Positions 48,632 through 58,806 of a DNA stretch of 64,000 nt are shown here, piece by piece. The stretch lies in contig CAWCKJ010000004.1 in assembly GCA_963796105.1 (NCBI GenBank), positions 256,001 to 320,000 of the forward strand, in the 5' to 3' direction. The first letter of the stretch is position 1, and every line of letters begins with the position of its first letter. Source of the DNA: a candidate division FCPU426 bacterium. GTDB lineage: Bacteria; Oederibacteriota; Muellerivitia; Muellerivitales; Muellerivitaceae. Made by a program: the position numbers and the translations under genes. The notes beneath the pieces are model-generated. The model was given only the letters and a program-made list of their open reading frames with translations. It was not told the DNA's origin and did not search any database.

Positions 48632-50328
48632 AGGGAAGGTTGTTTGGACCGGATTTTTTCCAGGTAGTCCTTGTTGTCCGGGTCCAGTTGGAGGGCTTTC
48701 TGCCATTGGGCCTCGGCTTCCTCTTTTTCACCCAATTGCGTCAGCACCTGGGCCATATGGTCGTAAATGACCGCGTCGTCCTTTTGGGGGTTCTTGAGGT
48801 TTTGCAAGGCCTTCTCGAATACCACCCGGGCGCCGGCGAAATCCTTCAACCGGAAAAGCGCCCAGCCCAGGCTGTCCAGGTAATAGGCGTTTTCTGGGTC
48901 CAATTTCACGGCCTTCTCCAAATAGGCCTTGGCTTCCTCCAAATGGATTCCCTTATCCGCGTAGGAATAACCAATGTAATTGTAAGCCTCGGGATTATCC
49001 GGCTGGAGCTTGATGACCTTCTTGATTTGGTCCATGGAGTCGTCGAATTTGCCCGCCTTTTCCAGCAGCACTCCCAGCTCAAAATATGCCTGCACATTTT
49101 TGGGGTCCAATTGAACGGTCTTCCGGTAATCGGCTTCCGCCTCCTTCAGGTTTCCCCTCTCATGATTCAACATGCCCCTCATGAGAATGAGATCGGAGTT
49201 GTTCGGAATAGCTTTCAAGCCGTCGTTGATGGTTTTTTCCGTGAGATCGTCCTTCTTCTGTTTGTCATACAAAATGGCCAGCCTCTCCCATGCGTCGATG
49301 GACTTGGGATCCTTCTGGATGATGGCTTTCAATTGGGTTTCGGCCTGGTCCCATTCCTTATTTTCCTCGTAGGCGGCGGATAAGCGCAGGCGGGTCAGGG
49401 CGCTTTGGGGCTGCTTTTCCAGTACTTCCTGAAATGCCTCAATGGCTTGAGGATATTCCCTCAGCCGGAAATGGCAGAGGCCGATGTAATCCAAAACCGC
49501 CGAGTCGTTTGGTTTCAATTTCGAGTAGTTCTGGAACGCCTCCAGGGCCTGCCGCTCCTGCTTTTGGTTGTAATAAAGCTCCCCCAGGGCGAAATAAGCC
49601 AGGGAGTTATCTGGATTGACCTTGACCAAATCATTATAGGTCTCGATGGCTTTGTCGTTTTTCTGGTCCAATTCATAGACGAGCCCCAGGGAGGTATAGG
49701 CCGCCTCCAGGCTGGGATCGATCTGGATGGCTTTCTTGAAACAATCCTCCGCCTTCACCGCTTGATTTTCACGGGTATAGATGAGCCCCATGTTGTAATA
49801 AACGCCCGCCGATTTCGGGTTTTCATCCAGGATCTTTTGATAGGCGTCCAAGGATTCCTCGGTCTTGTTCTGGTTGGCCAAGACACCCGCCAGGAAATAG
49901 CGGGCTTGGGGGTTTTTAGGGTCGATTTTCAATACCTGTTGGTATTCCTTTTGAGCCTTTCCGAATTCATTCTGGCTGTTGAAGAGGTTCGCCAGTAGAA
50001 GCCGGTTGTCAATGTCGCCGGGATCCAATTTGATGGATTTCTGGAGTTCCTCCTCGGCTTTGTAGTCCATGCTTTCCATGTAATAAAAAAACGCGAGGCG
50101 GTTATGGATGGCCATGGACTTAGAGTCGAGATCGGAGGCTTTTTGGAATTCGGCGATGGCCCTTTCAGGATCATGGTTCTGCTGGGCCAGCATGCCGTTG
50201 GCGTAATGCCAGAAGGCCCTGGGATCGGCGGAAAGGCTCTCCTCCTCGGCGGTTAACAGGGCAGGGCGGAATAAAAAAAGACTTATTCCCAATATCAAGA
50301 AAACGGCTGGTTTTGCGTATTTGCCCAT
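48628..50328 (-). CDS. Secreted multi-TPR protein
   Basis: Signal peptide, many TPRs, YNYIGYSYAD and YLDSLGWALF. Confidence 0.9.
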   Translation of the reverse strand: MGKYAKPAVFLILGISLFLFRPALLTAEEESLSADPRAFWHYANGMLAQQNHDPERAIAEFQKASDLDSKSMAIHNRLAFFYYMESMDYKAEEELQKSIKLDPGDIDNRLLLANLFNSQNEFGKAQKEYQQVLKIDPKNPQARYFLAGVLANQNKTEESLDAYQKILDENPKSAGVYYNMGLIYTRENQAVKAEDCFKKAIQIDPSLEAAYTSLGLVYELDQKNDKAIETYNDLVKVNPDNSLAYFALGELYYNQKQERQALEAFQNYSKLKPNDSAVLDYIGLCHFRLREYPQAIEAFQEVLEKQPQSALTRLRLSAAYEENKEWDQAETQLKAIIQKDPKSIDAWERLAILYDKQKKDDLTEKTINDGLKAIPNNSDLILMRGMLNHERGNLKEAEADYRKTVQLDPKNVQAYFELGVLLEKAGKFDDSMDQIKKVIKLQPDNPEAYNYIGYSYADKGIHLEEAKAYLEKAVKLDPENAYYLDSLGWALFRLKDFAGARVVFEKALQNLKNPQKDDAVIYDHMAQVLTQLGEKEEAEAQWQKALQLDPDNKDYLEKIRSKQPSL

Positions 50329-50344
50329 GTTGTTGGTATTCCGT

Positions 50345-50797
50345 TCAAACTTGCTTGATTGATTCATTGGCCTTCCGGAGCCGTTCGTTCGCGATTTTAA
50401 GGAAAACCATCACGACTTTCAGCGCGATCTCCGGATGTTTTTCCATCATCGTGTTGAAAGCCTTTTTCGTCATGACCATGAGGGTCGAGTCTTCAGCCAC
50501 CCTCGCGGAGGCGCTGCGCGGCCGGTTATCAATCAACGACATTTCCCCCAATAGCTCACCCTCTTTCAAGACAGCCAGGACGGCTTCCTGGTTATTTCCG
50601 GTCTTCTTGACCAGTTGAACCGATCCTTTCTTGATCAAATAAAGGATCTCGCCTTCCATCCCCTCGATAAAAAGAGTGGAGTTTTTCGTATAGTTCTTTT
50701 CGAAAAAAAACGAAGCCAAGCTGACTTTTTGTTCGGAATTCAAATCCAAGAAAAGGGGTAGGTTTTTCAAGGATTCAACATCGATGGGACCCGCCAT
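50345..50797 (-). CDS. Stand-alone cyclic nucleotide-binding domain protein
   Basis: LYLIKKGSV, GEMSLIDNRPRSASARV. Confidence 0.92.
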   Translation of the reverse strand: MAGPIDVESLKNLPLFLDLNSEQKVSLASFFFEKNYTKNSTLFIEGMEGEILYLIKKGSVQLVKKTGNNQEAVLAVLKEGELLGEMSLIDNRPRSASARVAEDSTLMVMTKKAFNTMMEKHPEIALKVVMVFLKIANERLRKANESIKQV

Positions 50798-50967
50798 GAT
50801 TCCCCCTCGCGAAAAAGTAATTCGATTCCCAGCTTATCTTCCCACCCGTTCGGGTTGAGTTTTCCTCAAAACCGGTCCAGCCCTCCCCAGTTCGGGAAGG
50901 GTGCGTATTATAACACCCAAGGAGATAGGAATTCCCATCCCCTTCCCGCCTTGTCACGGCCTTCATA

Positions 50968-52278
50968 TTACCCGCTGAGAACCTTTCGAGCGGCCCCCAG
51001 GCCCTGTTCCATCGCGGATTCCATGGAGCCGTATTCCCAACGCCCATACCTCCCGACAGAAAGCACGTTTTTACGTTCATAAAATTCCAGCAAACGGCCC
51101 GCAGAATCCTCCCGGTTTTGGTCGTAAATCACATAAGCCCCCGGCAGATTCAGGTCTACCCTCGTAACCACATCCTGCGGGGAATGGATCCATTTCAACT
51201 TTTTGAGTTTTTCCAGCACATGGCGACCCAAAGATTCCGCGTCAGGCTTTCTTCCGCGGTAGGAAATCTCCACATACAGGGAGTAATGCCCCTTCGGAGT
51301 GACCCCCGGCACGCAGGCGCTCAAGGAACCCGCCCGGTGGAACAAAAATTCTTTTTCGGGAAAGTACACCCAACTATAGGGAATGGGCTGAAGGCCCTTT
51401 ATCCCGTAATTGATGTTATAGACGGAAGCAGCCTTTAGGCTGGAAGCCGCTCTTTGAAGAGGCGCGGGAAGACCTTGGGTCAAGGCGGCCAGCCCGGGTA
51501 AAGGCAGGCTGGAAACCAAGCTTTTGTATTTCAATTCCAGCCCCGAGGAAAAACAAGCCGTGTGTTTTTCGACATTAATCTTTTTTAATTCCATTCCGGT
51601 CCAAAGCCGGGGCAGCCCGCGCGAAACGGCCCCAGACAGGACGGCAATTCCGCCCGTTTCGGGATATAAAAAGGCAGCGTTATAACCTGCTTGGGAAGGC
51701 TGCCGTTTCAGGGCGCCTTGAATGACACGCAAAATCCTTGGCTCCGGAACAAACCTTCCCATCCAACGCCGGGAAAGTTTCCGCAGGGGGAATTTCCAAA
51801 GTTTTTCGTTGTAGGGAAACATGAAATTCTTTGAAATGCCATCCCCGAAAACGTGTTGGCAATAGGATTTGAAATCCTGCATTTGGTCCAAGTTCTCCGC
51901 CCCAAATCGGCGCCGGAGCATGGCCTCGAGATATCCTAAAACATTCTCTCGGATTGCGGCGGATGGCAATCCGGCGTTGTTCTCCTGGTAAGGATATTCG
52001 CAATAGGCGCTTTGGCTGAAAATAGCCGCGTGCCGGAGCCTTTTTTTCAACCTCAGCCCCGGCAAATTCAAAACCCACTTTTCCATCCCTGGTTTTTGAA
52101 AATGAAGGAAATGGCCAGTGTAGTCGAATGTGAATCCTTTGGTGAGAATCGTGCGGCAAAGGCCGCCTAATTCGCCGGTTTTCTCTGCCAAAAGATAGGG
52201 GCTTGAGGCCTCGGATAAAGCCCTCGCACAGGTAAGGCCCGCCAAACCCCCTCCGGCAATGAGAGTCTCAATCCTCAC
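50968..52278 (-). CDS. FAD-dependent oxidoreductase (protoporphyrinogen oxidase/UDP-galactopyranose mutase-like)
   Basis: IAGGGLAGL, GGLCRT...FTFDYTGHFLH, PYNEKLW, GRYGRWEY. Confidence 0.85.
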   Translation of the reverse strand: MRIETLIAGGGLAGLTCARALSEASSPYLLAEKTGELGGLCRTILTKGFTFDYTGHFLHFQKPGMEKWVLNLPGLRLKKRLRHAAIFSQSAYCEYPYQENNAGLPSAAIRENVLGYLEAMLRRRFGAENLDQMQDFKSYCQHVFGDGISKNFMFPYNEKLWKFPLRKLSRRWMGRFVPEPRILRVIQGALKRQPSQAGYNAAFLYPETGGIAVLSGAVSRGLPRLWTGMELKKINVEKHTACFSSGLELKYKSLVSSLPLPGLAALTQGLPAPLQRAASSLKAASVYNINYGIKGLQPIPYSWVYFPEKEFLFHRAGSLSACVPGVTPKGHYSLYVEISYRGRKPDAESLGRHVLEKLKKLKWIHSPQDVVTRVDLNLPGAYVIYDQNREDSAGRLLEFYERKNVLSVGRYGRWEYGSMESAMEQGLGAARKVLSG

Positions 52279-53372
52279 TTCTTTTTCCTCGGCTTGGCCG
52301 GTTTACCGGCGGAGGGCGGTTCCAAACTGACGCGGAATGGGTTTTCTCGGATTTTCTTGAGCCCATCATCCACCTGCACGTTGGAAATGAAAAAAGTGAA
52401 GATCAAAGTCATGAAAAAAAACAAAACCATTAAAGCCAGTGCCCTTTTTTCGGATATGCGGACAAGCAACCCCGCCCCGCACGCTAGTAAAAAGGAAAGG
52501 GTCCAAAGGCTTAGGACTGTTTGCTTGACCGTAAATCCCAAGCGCCTGATACGCAGGGCCAAATGGTCGTTGGAACCCCTGAACATCGAGCGACCTTTCA
52601 GGAAGCGCAGAACCATGACCAGGGCTGTGTCGTAAAGGGGAATGCCTAGAATCAGCAGGGGTCCGCATAACGCGACCACGTTCATTTGGGAATAACCATG
52701 GCCCAAGGCGAATCCGGCGAGCATGAAACCCAGGAAAAGGGCTCCTGAGTCACCCATATAAATGCTCGCAGGTTGGAAATTATAGGGCAAGAATCCCAGA
52801 ACGCTTCCTCCCAGCGCCGCAGCCGTTAGGAGGACATAACTTTGCCCGCCGAGAAAAGGCACGAATACGAATCCGGCGCAGGCGACAAAGACGATTCCGC
52901 CCGCCAACCCATCCATGATATCGATCAGATTGACGGCATTGGTCACCGCCACGATCCAAAAGAGGGTCAATCCATATCCCAGAAGAGGATGGCTGGGAAG
53001 GAACTCCAATTTGACGCCGAAAAGAATCAGCAGACCCGCGGCCAGGAACTCAAAAAGAAACTTGACCGCCGGGGAGAGGGAAAAAAGATCATCCACTAAA
53101 CCCATCAAAGCCATGACTGTCCCCCCTACCAAAAGGGCCAGGATCCGAGATGAGTCCGGCAGAGGGGTCAAGACTAAGGTTCCAAGAATAGCCATTAAAA
53201 AGGAGAAATAAACAGCCAATCCGCCCAAATAAGGGACGGGGGCAGTGTGTTTTTTAAGCTGGCCCAAGGGGGTATCCAGGAATTGGGATCTCCTGGCGAT
53301 CTTCCGGAATAGGGGGGTCAATCCAAGGGATAACATGAAGGAAATGATAAAAACAGACCAATTCGCGTTCGT
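52275..53372 (-). CDS. Undecaprenyl-phosphate GlcNAc-1-phosphate transferase (WecA/TagO, MraY-like)
   Basis: H..PVPYLGG, GLVDD, NAVNLIDIMDGL, YNFQPASIYMGDSG; SD-aligned codon is ACG (53372), first ATG at 53336. Confidence 0.9.
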   Translation of the reverse strand, partial: TNANWSVFIISFMLSLGLTPLFRKIARRSQFLDTPLGQLKKHTAPVPYLGGLAVYFSFLMAILGTLVLTPLPDSSRILALLVGGTVMALMGLVDDLFSLSPAVKFLFEFLAAGLLILFGVKLEFLPSHPLLGYGLTLFWIVAVTNAVNLIDIMDGLAGGIVFVACAGFVFVPFLGGQSYVLLTAAALGGSVLGFLPYNFQPASIYMGDSGALFLGFMLAGFALGHGYSQMNVVALCGPLLILGIPLYDTALVMVLRFLKGRSMFRGSNDHLALRIRRLGFTVKQTVLSLWTLSFLLACGAGLLVRISEKRALALMVLFFFMTLIFTFFISNVQVDDGLKKIRENPFRVSLEPPSAGKPAKPRKKK

Positions 53373-53515
53373 GAATCACCTCCGAAAGCTTGAAATGTAG
53401 GGAATCAGCACTTAAGTATTAAATATTGAGGTTTTTACCTATTGACCGCCCGCAATATAACATAAGGCTGGTTCATCCCCAATTGGGGATGATCGGAATT
53501 GAAAGGATTTTGGAC

Positions 53516-53546
53516 AAAAAAAAGCCCCGGTGGGTCAGACCGAGGC
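53516..53546 (-). terminator. Intrinsic terminator
   Basis: GCCTCGGT-loop-ACCGGGGC followed by T8. Confidence 0.8.
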
Positions 53547-53609
53547 TCCTAGGAGGTGAGTGTTTTAAAGATGTTTCGTTTGAAAGCCAGCCAACTAAAG
53601 CCAGCTGAC
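53516..53609 (-). ncRNA. Putative sigma54-dependent small RNA with an anti-SD motif
   Basis: Bounded by a -24/-12 promoter and an intrinsic terminator; 5' hairpin; single-stranded ACACUCACCUCCU. Confidence 0.6.
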
Positions 53610-53619
53610 TACTTTAATA

Positions 53620-53635
53620 AGCAAAGTCTATGCCA
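53620..53635 (-). promoter_or_regulatory. Sigma54 -24/-12 promoter
   Basis: TGGCAT-AGACT-TTGCT matches TGGCAC-N5-TTGC. Confidence 0.8.
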
Positions 53636-53697
53636 TGTTTTGGCGCATAGAAAAGCATTGAAAAACAAGGGTTTTTGGAAATAAATGAAAAATATAA

Positions 53698-53748
53698 CTG
53701 TATAAAAATTTTACACTATCAACAAAGTGTATTAATACTTAACACTTT
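53698..53748. promoter_or_regulatory. Two putative enhancer-binding-protein sites
   Basis: TGTATAAAAATTTTACA and AAGTGTATTAATACTTAACACTT dyads ~90-140 bp upstream of the predicted sigma54 start; IHF-like box at ~53657-53675. Confidence 0.55.
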
Positions 53749-53749
53749 T

Positions 53750-55633
53750 TCATTTGCTTTCCAGCGTAATCCCATATTTCCTCATTTTTTGATAAAGAGT
53801 TGGGCGGCTGATCCCCAATTTATTTGCTGCCCGTTTCTTGTTAAATCGCAAATCCTTCAATATCCTTAAAATCATGTCTTTTTCGACTGTTTCCAGGACA
53901 CCCGCGTTCGGCATGGTTTGTGTGTAGTGAGAAAGGTCGGAATTGAAATTCGTGATTTCGGGGGGCAAATGCTGGGGTTGAATCAAAATATCGTCGTTCA
54001 GGGTCACGATCCTCTCAATCACGTTTTCCAATTCCCGCACATTCCCCGGCCAACGGTGGCGCTGCAGGATCTCCAAAGCCTTGGCCGATACCCCCTCAAA
54101 ACGGTTGGGTTTCTTGCCTCTCATTCGTTCCAAGAAATACCGGATGAGAAGGATCATGTCTCCCTCCCTTTCGCGCAACGGAGGCATTTCAATCACGATC
54201 ACGTTCAACCGATAGAAGAGATCCTCCCGAAACCTGCCGTTTTGGATCGCCTTTTTCAAATTCCGGTTGGTCGCGCAGATCACGCGGATGTTCACCTTAA
54301 GCGTGTCATTTCCTCCCACCCTCTGGAATTCCCGCTCCTGAAGCACCCGAAGAAGCTTAACCTGGGTGGCAAGGGAGATGTCCCCGATCTCATCGAGAAA
54401 TATTGTTCCCTTGTCCGCGATCTCGAATTTTCCTTTTTTCTGGCCGATGGCCCCCGTAAAGGATCCTTGTTCATGTCCGAATAGCTCGCTTTCCAATAGC
54501 GATTCGCTTAAAGCCGCGCATGCGATCGGCACAAAGGGTTTATCGTGTCTTCCCGATTGCTGATGAACCGCCCGGGCAACAAGTTCTTTTCCAGTCCCAT
54601 TCTCCCCCAAAATCAATACAGTCGCGTCGCTGGCGGCAGCCCTCTTGATCAAATCCTGGATTTTCCGCATCGGCAGACTGTTCCCGATGAGGTTGGATTC
54701 CTCCAACAGCCGGCCTTTATCGGACGCAGCTACTGAGACCATTGATTTTGAAATGGAAAAAAGGATGGAAGCCGCGTCCTTGGACGATTTGACGAAATCC
54801 TCATAATCCTCCTTCATCCTTCCCGTCAAACCTTCATGGTAATAGACCTGCCCCAGATTATATACAGCGTTCACGTGTCCTGGGTTCACCTTGAGAACCG
54901 CCTTGAACTCAGCCACGGCCTTTTCCAGATCCCCTTTTTTGAAATACCCGATCCCAAGACCGTTTTGAATGTTTAGCCGTTCCTCTCCTACAGGAAAAAT
55001 TTTTAACGCCTTTTTATAGACTTTGATGGCCTCGTCATAACGTTCCAAAGCCATGAGGCATTCCCCAATGCTCCCCAACGCCATAACATTCACAGGATTT
55101 CCCCCAATCACTAATTGATATTGCTCCAAAGCCTTCTCAAGCTCACCTCTTTCCTTGTAAAGAGCTCCCAAGTTGAGATGGCATTGAAAAGTAAGGGACT
55201 CCGAGGAATGAAAAAGACCGAGATAATAGCTTCCCGGGGTTATTGGATGGATCAAATGCAGTGTTTCCATGAAGGAAAACATGGCGTCGTTGACATGGCC
55301 CCTTTTCATATGCATGAGCCCGATGTTGAAGTGGGTGTCCAATTGGTTTGGCTGGATTTTCAAGGCCTTTGCGTAATAATCCACGGCCATGTTGAAATCC
55401 TGCAAATGAAAGGCGGCGTGGCCGGCATCCCGAATCGAAAAAGCGCTGAATGGTTTTTTCTTTACCACTGCCTTGAAAAGCTTGAGAGCTTCGACGTATT
55501 CCCCTTCCTCGAATGCATCCATACCATCCATGGTTTCCTTTTCCAATGCCTCCTGGACCGCCCCGCAAACCGGGCAAAAATGGTATTCAGTTTGGAGAGT
55601 CTGCCCGCATTCACGGCAAGTGTAGGTATCCAT
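53750..55633 (-). CDS. Sigma54 enhancer-binding protein with N-terminal zinc ribbon and TPR array
   Basis: CRECG...CPVCG, TPRs, [39 protein letters not shown], Fis HTH. Confidence 0.95.
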   Translation of the reverse strand: MDTYTCRECGQTLQTEYHFCPVCGAVQEALEKETMDGMDAFEEGEYVEALKLFKAVVKKKPFSAFSIRDAGHAAFHLQDFNMAVDYYAKALKIQPNQLDTHFNIGLMHMKRGHVNDAMFSFMETLHLIHPITPGSYYLGLFHSSESLTFQCHLNLGALYKERGELEKALEQYQLVIGGNPVNVMALGSIGECLMALERYDEAIKVYKKALKIFPVGEERLNIQNGLGIGYFKKGDLEKAVAEFKAVLKVNPGHVNAVYNLGQVYYHEGLTGRMKEDYEDFVKSSKDAASILFSISKSMVSVAASDKGRLLEESNLIGNSLPMRKIQDLIKRAAASDATVLILGENGTGKELVARAVHQQSGRHDKPFVPIACAALSESLLESELFGHEQGSFTGAIGQKKGKFEIADKGTIFLDEIGDISLATQVKLLRVLQEREFQRVGGNDTLKVNIRVICATNRNLKKAIQNGRFREDLFYRLNVIVIEMPPLREREGDMILLIRYFLERMRGKKPNRFEGVSAKALEILQRHRWPGNVRELENVIERIVTLNDDILIQPQHLPPEITNFNSDLSHYTQTMPNAGVLETVEKDMILRILKDLRFNKKRAANKLGISRPTLYQKMRKYGITLESK

Positions 55634-55636
55634 GGC

Positions 55637-56056
55637 TTAATCCCCGGGCCGAGTTGTCTTAGGGCCTAAGTCCTTTGGAGCCTTTGATTTTTTTCGAGGT
55701 TTTTTGGGAACGGATGAGAGCTTCTCAATTTGAAGGGTGACTAAGTGGTTGGCCTGCGGATGATCTGCGTAATTTTTTCTGAGTCTTTCATAATATTTCC
55801 GGGCTTCCGTCAGGCGTCCTGCCTTCTCAAGTTTGTATCCCTTTCGAAATACTTTTTCAAACTCAATCAAGCGCTGCTGGTCGGCCTCGGACAAATGGGT
55901 GGTCCAAAGAAAACCGGAAGCCGTCAAAGCAGCCAAAGTCATCAAATAGATGAAGTAAGGGGGAAAAACCAAGACTCCCAAAAGATTGACGATTGTCAAT
56001 CCTCCCCAATCCACGTTTTTCAAAATAGTTTTTTGCAAAAGCAGGCTCCCAAACAA
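55637..56056 (-). CDS. Small membrane protein with a TPR-like helix pair
   Basis: N-terminal hydrophobic segment; stop 3 nt before the activator start. Confidence 0.55.
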   Translation of the reverse strand: MFGSLLLQKTILKNVDWGGLTIVNLLGVLVFPPYFIYLMTLAALTASGFLWTTHLSEADQQRLIEFEKVFRKGYKLEKAGRLTEARKYYERLRKNYADHPQANHLVTLQIEKLSSVPKKPRKKSKAPKDLGPKTTRPGD

Positions 56057-56084
56057 GCGTAAATAAATCTTACACTAATTGGCC

Positions 56085-56111
56085 AAAAAAAAACCCGGTT
56101 TTTCAACCGGG
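56085..56111 (-). terminator. Intrinsic terminator after pnp
   Basis: CCCGGTT-loop-AACCGGG followed by a T run. Confidence 0.75.
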
Positions 56112-56165
56112 GCCTTATTCTCTTAAATTATATAACGTAATCGGGATTACCCCGGTTTTTCCGTG

Positions 56166-58274
56166 TTACTTGCCGCGGTAATCCTCGATTTTCAAGTCCA
56201 GGGCGTCTTTTCGTGAAAGCTTGATTTTTTTGGTCTTGGGATCTATCCCAATGCACTTGACCAATAACTCATCCCCTTCCTTGAGCACATCCTCCACGTG
56301 TTCAACTCGTTTGCGGTCCAGTTGGGAGATATGCACCAGCCCATCCGTCCCCGGGATGATTTCAACAAAAGCCCCAAAATCCATGATCTTTTTCACGGTT
56401 CCCAGGTAAATTTTCCCTTCCTCGGCCTCCTCCATGAGGCTTCCGATGAATTTTTGGGCATTCTCTATATCCTTACCGTTCGCGGAAGAGATATGCACAG
56501 AACCGTCATCCTCCACGCTGACTTCCACGTGGAAATCGTCCTGGATTTTTTTGATGGTAGCCCCACCTTTTCCAATGATCTCGCGAATCCGGTCCACCGG
56601 CACCTTCAGGGTGACGATTCTGGGAGCGTATGGGGATAATTTTTCCCGGGGTGTCTTCAGGCTCTGATCCATCACGTCCAGGATGGTCAAGCGCCCTTGT
56701 TTGGCCTGTGCCAGGCCTTTTTCGATGATTTCAAAGGGCAATCCGAAAATCTTAATGTCCATTTGAATGGCTGTGATGCCCTTGCGAGTACCGGCCACCT
56801 TGAAATCCATATCCCCGAAATGATCTTCTAATCCTTGGATATCGGTCAAAATAGCGTACTTGGACATGTCCTCGTTTGAGATCAACCCCAGGGCCACGCC
56901 CGCGCAAGGACTCTTAATGGGTACTCCCGCGTCCATCAAGGAAAGGGACGCTCCGCACACGGACGCCATGGAGGAGGAACCGTTTGATTCCAAAATATCC
57001 GAGTTCACTTGAATGGTATAGGGAAACTGCTCCCGATCGGGTAAAAGAGACTCGATGGCTCTTTCCGCCAGGGCGCCATGCCCTATTTCCCGGCGTCCAG
57101 GGCCACCCAAGCGCTTGATTTCGCCCACGGAGTAAGGGGGAAAATTATAATGAAGCATGAAATGCTTCTTTTGCTCCCCTTCCAGTTCCTCTAAAATCTG
57201 CTGGTCATCTTTTGTGCCCAAGGTCGTAACAACCAACGCCTGGGTCTGCCCCCGCGTGAAAAGGGCCGAGCCATGAGTTCGGGGTAACACTCCCACTTCG
57301 CAGGTGATGGGCCTGAACTCGTCGAATTTCCTTCCATCCTGCCTCTCATGCCGTTCCAAAATGGCTTCCCGGACCAAGTCGGACTCGATGGAATGCATGA
57401 TTCCATGGATTTCCTTTTCCTTCTCCGGGTATTTCTCTTTCAGGGCTTCACTGGCGTCTTTCCCGACCTGGGCGATTTTCTCCTGCCTGACCAGTTTGTC
57501 CTTTTCGGCCATCGCGGCTTTCATCTTCGAAAGAGCGAAAGTTTTGACATCAGTTACCAGCGCCTCATCCGGCTTCACCAGAGTCAAAGCCCGCTTAGGT
57601 TTTCCGATTTTCTTTACCAGTTGCTCCTGGAGATCGACAATTTTCTGGCATGCCTGGTGGGCCTGCTTGACTGCCTCCAATATCACGGATTCCGATTCCT
57701 CCCGTGCGCTTCCCTCGACCATGACCACCGCTTTTCGGCTCGCTGCCACCACCAGATCCAGAGTACTGGTTTCCATTTGCTTGAAGGTAGGGTTGATGAT
57801 CAAGTCCCCATTCACCCGGCCTACCCTCACGCACCCGAACATGTTGCTCACCGGAATGTCGGATATCGCCAATGCCGCCGAAGCGGCTGAAACTGCCAGA
57901 ACATCGGAATCATTCTCTTGATCCGAGGAAATGACTGTCGCCATCAACTGAATCTCATTGAAAAAACCATCTGGAAATAATGGCCGGATCGGCCGGTCAA
58001 TCAGGCGGGAAGTCAGGGTTTCCTTCGTGCGGGGGCGGCCTTCCCTCTTGAACCAGCCGCCGGGAATGCGGCCTGCGGCCGATGTTTTTTCACGGTATTC
58101 GACGGTGAGCGGAAAGAAATCCTTGCCCGGCATGGGCTCCTTGGCCCCCACCACGGCGACCAACACCACTGTCTCCCCAAATTGGGCCAAGATGGCCCCA
58201 TCCGCCTGCTTGGCCATGCGGCCTGTTTCAAATGACAAAGTCGAATTCGCGAGCGTACAAGAAACACGTTCCAT
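56166..58274 (-). CDS. pnp: Polyribonucleotide nucleotidyltransferase
   Basis: DFFPLTVEYREK, RLIDRPIRPLF, HGSALFTRGQTQ, ESNGSSSMAS, KH and S1 domains. Confidence 0.99.
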   Translation of the reverse strand: MERVSCTLANSTLSFETGRMAKQADGAILAQFGETVVLVAVVGAKEPMPGKDFFPLTVEYREKTSAAGRIPGGWFKREGRPRTKETLTSRLIDRPIRPLFPDGFFNEIQLMATVISSDQENDSDVLAVSAASAALAISDIPVSNMFGCVRVGRVNGDLIINPTFKQMETSTLDLVVAASRKAVVMVEGSAREESESVILEAVKQAHQACQKIVDLQEQLVKKIGKPKRALTLVKPDEALVTDVKTFALSKMKAAMAEKDKLVRQEKIAQVGKDASEALKEKYPEKEKEIHGIMHSIESDLVREAILERHERQDGRKFDEFRPITCEVGVLPRTHGSALFTRGQTQALVVTTLGTKDDQQILEELEGEQKKHFMLHYNFPPYSVGEIKRLGGPGRREIGHGALAERAIESLLPDREQFPYTIQVNSDILESNGSSSMASVCGASLSLMDAGVPIKSPCAGVALGLISNEDMSKYAILTDIQGLEDHFGDMDFKVAGTRKGITAIQMDIKIFGLPFEIIEKGLAQAKQGRLTILDVMDQSLKTPREKLSPYAPRIVTLKVPVDRIREIIGKGGATIKKIQDDFHVEVSVEDDGSVHISSANGKDIENAQKFIGSLMEEAEEGKIYLGTVKKIMDFGAFVEIIPGTDGLVHISQLDRKRVEHVEDVLKEGDELLVKCIGIDPKTKKIKLSRKDALDLKIEDYRGK

Positions 58275-58309
58275 TTATTTCCTCCTCTATTAATTGTGAT
58301 AATTCAGGG

Positions 58310-58576
58310 TTATTTGCGCAGGCCCAAACGATCAAGAAGCGCGGCATACCGCTTCACGTCGTATTTTTTCAGGTAATCTAATAGCCTTCGCCGCTGTCCG
58401 ACAAGTTTCAATAGACCTCGGCGCGAAGCATGATCCTTGGGATGGGATTTGAAATGCTCGTTTAAATATTTGATGCGCTCGGTGATGAGCGCGATCTGGA
58501 CGTCCGGGGAACCCGTATCCCCTTCCTTTAACTTGAAATCTTGAATGAGCTGTGTTTTCTTTTCCTTCGTCATCAT
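58310..58576 (-). CDS. rpsO: 30S ribosomal protein S15
   Basis: [13 protein letters not shown]...[23 protein letters not shown]. Confidence 0.99.
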   Translation of the reverse strand: MMTKEKKTQLIQDFKLKEGDTGSPDVQIALITERIKYLNEHFKSHPKDHASRRGLLKLVGQRRRLLDYLKKYDVKRYAALLDRLGLRK

Positions 58577-58728
58577 GGCACTTGACTCCTCAAAATATTA
58601 TTTGCCGGATTTCCCCTTTTCCAAGCAGCCGTTTGAGTGAACGGATACCGAGAAAAGGATCATTACCCTTCCGCCCTCTGTTCAATCAAGGCCGGACTCA
58701 CGCCCAATACCCCAGGCGCAAGGGCAGT

Positions 58729-58757
58729 ATTCTAGGGGCTTTGACCCGGAGTGTAAA
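58729..58757 (-). promoter_or_regulatory. Sigma70 promoter of rpsO-pnp
   Basis: TTTACA-17 bp-TAGAAT. Confidence 0.6.
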
Positions 58758-58806
58758 GGCATATGACTTGTGGACGCGATGGATTCTCCCGGGGTTTTAT
58801 AGGCTT

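Noticed and set aside
53551..53684. Plus-strand 37-aa ORF behind AGGAGGTGA as the explanation of the anti-SD motif
   Set aside because: SD-ATG spacing is long (~13 nt), and the promoter and terminator both point to a minus-strand RNA; not fully excluded
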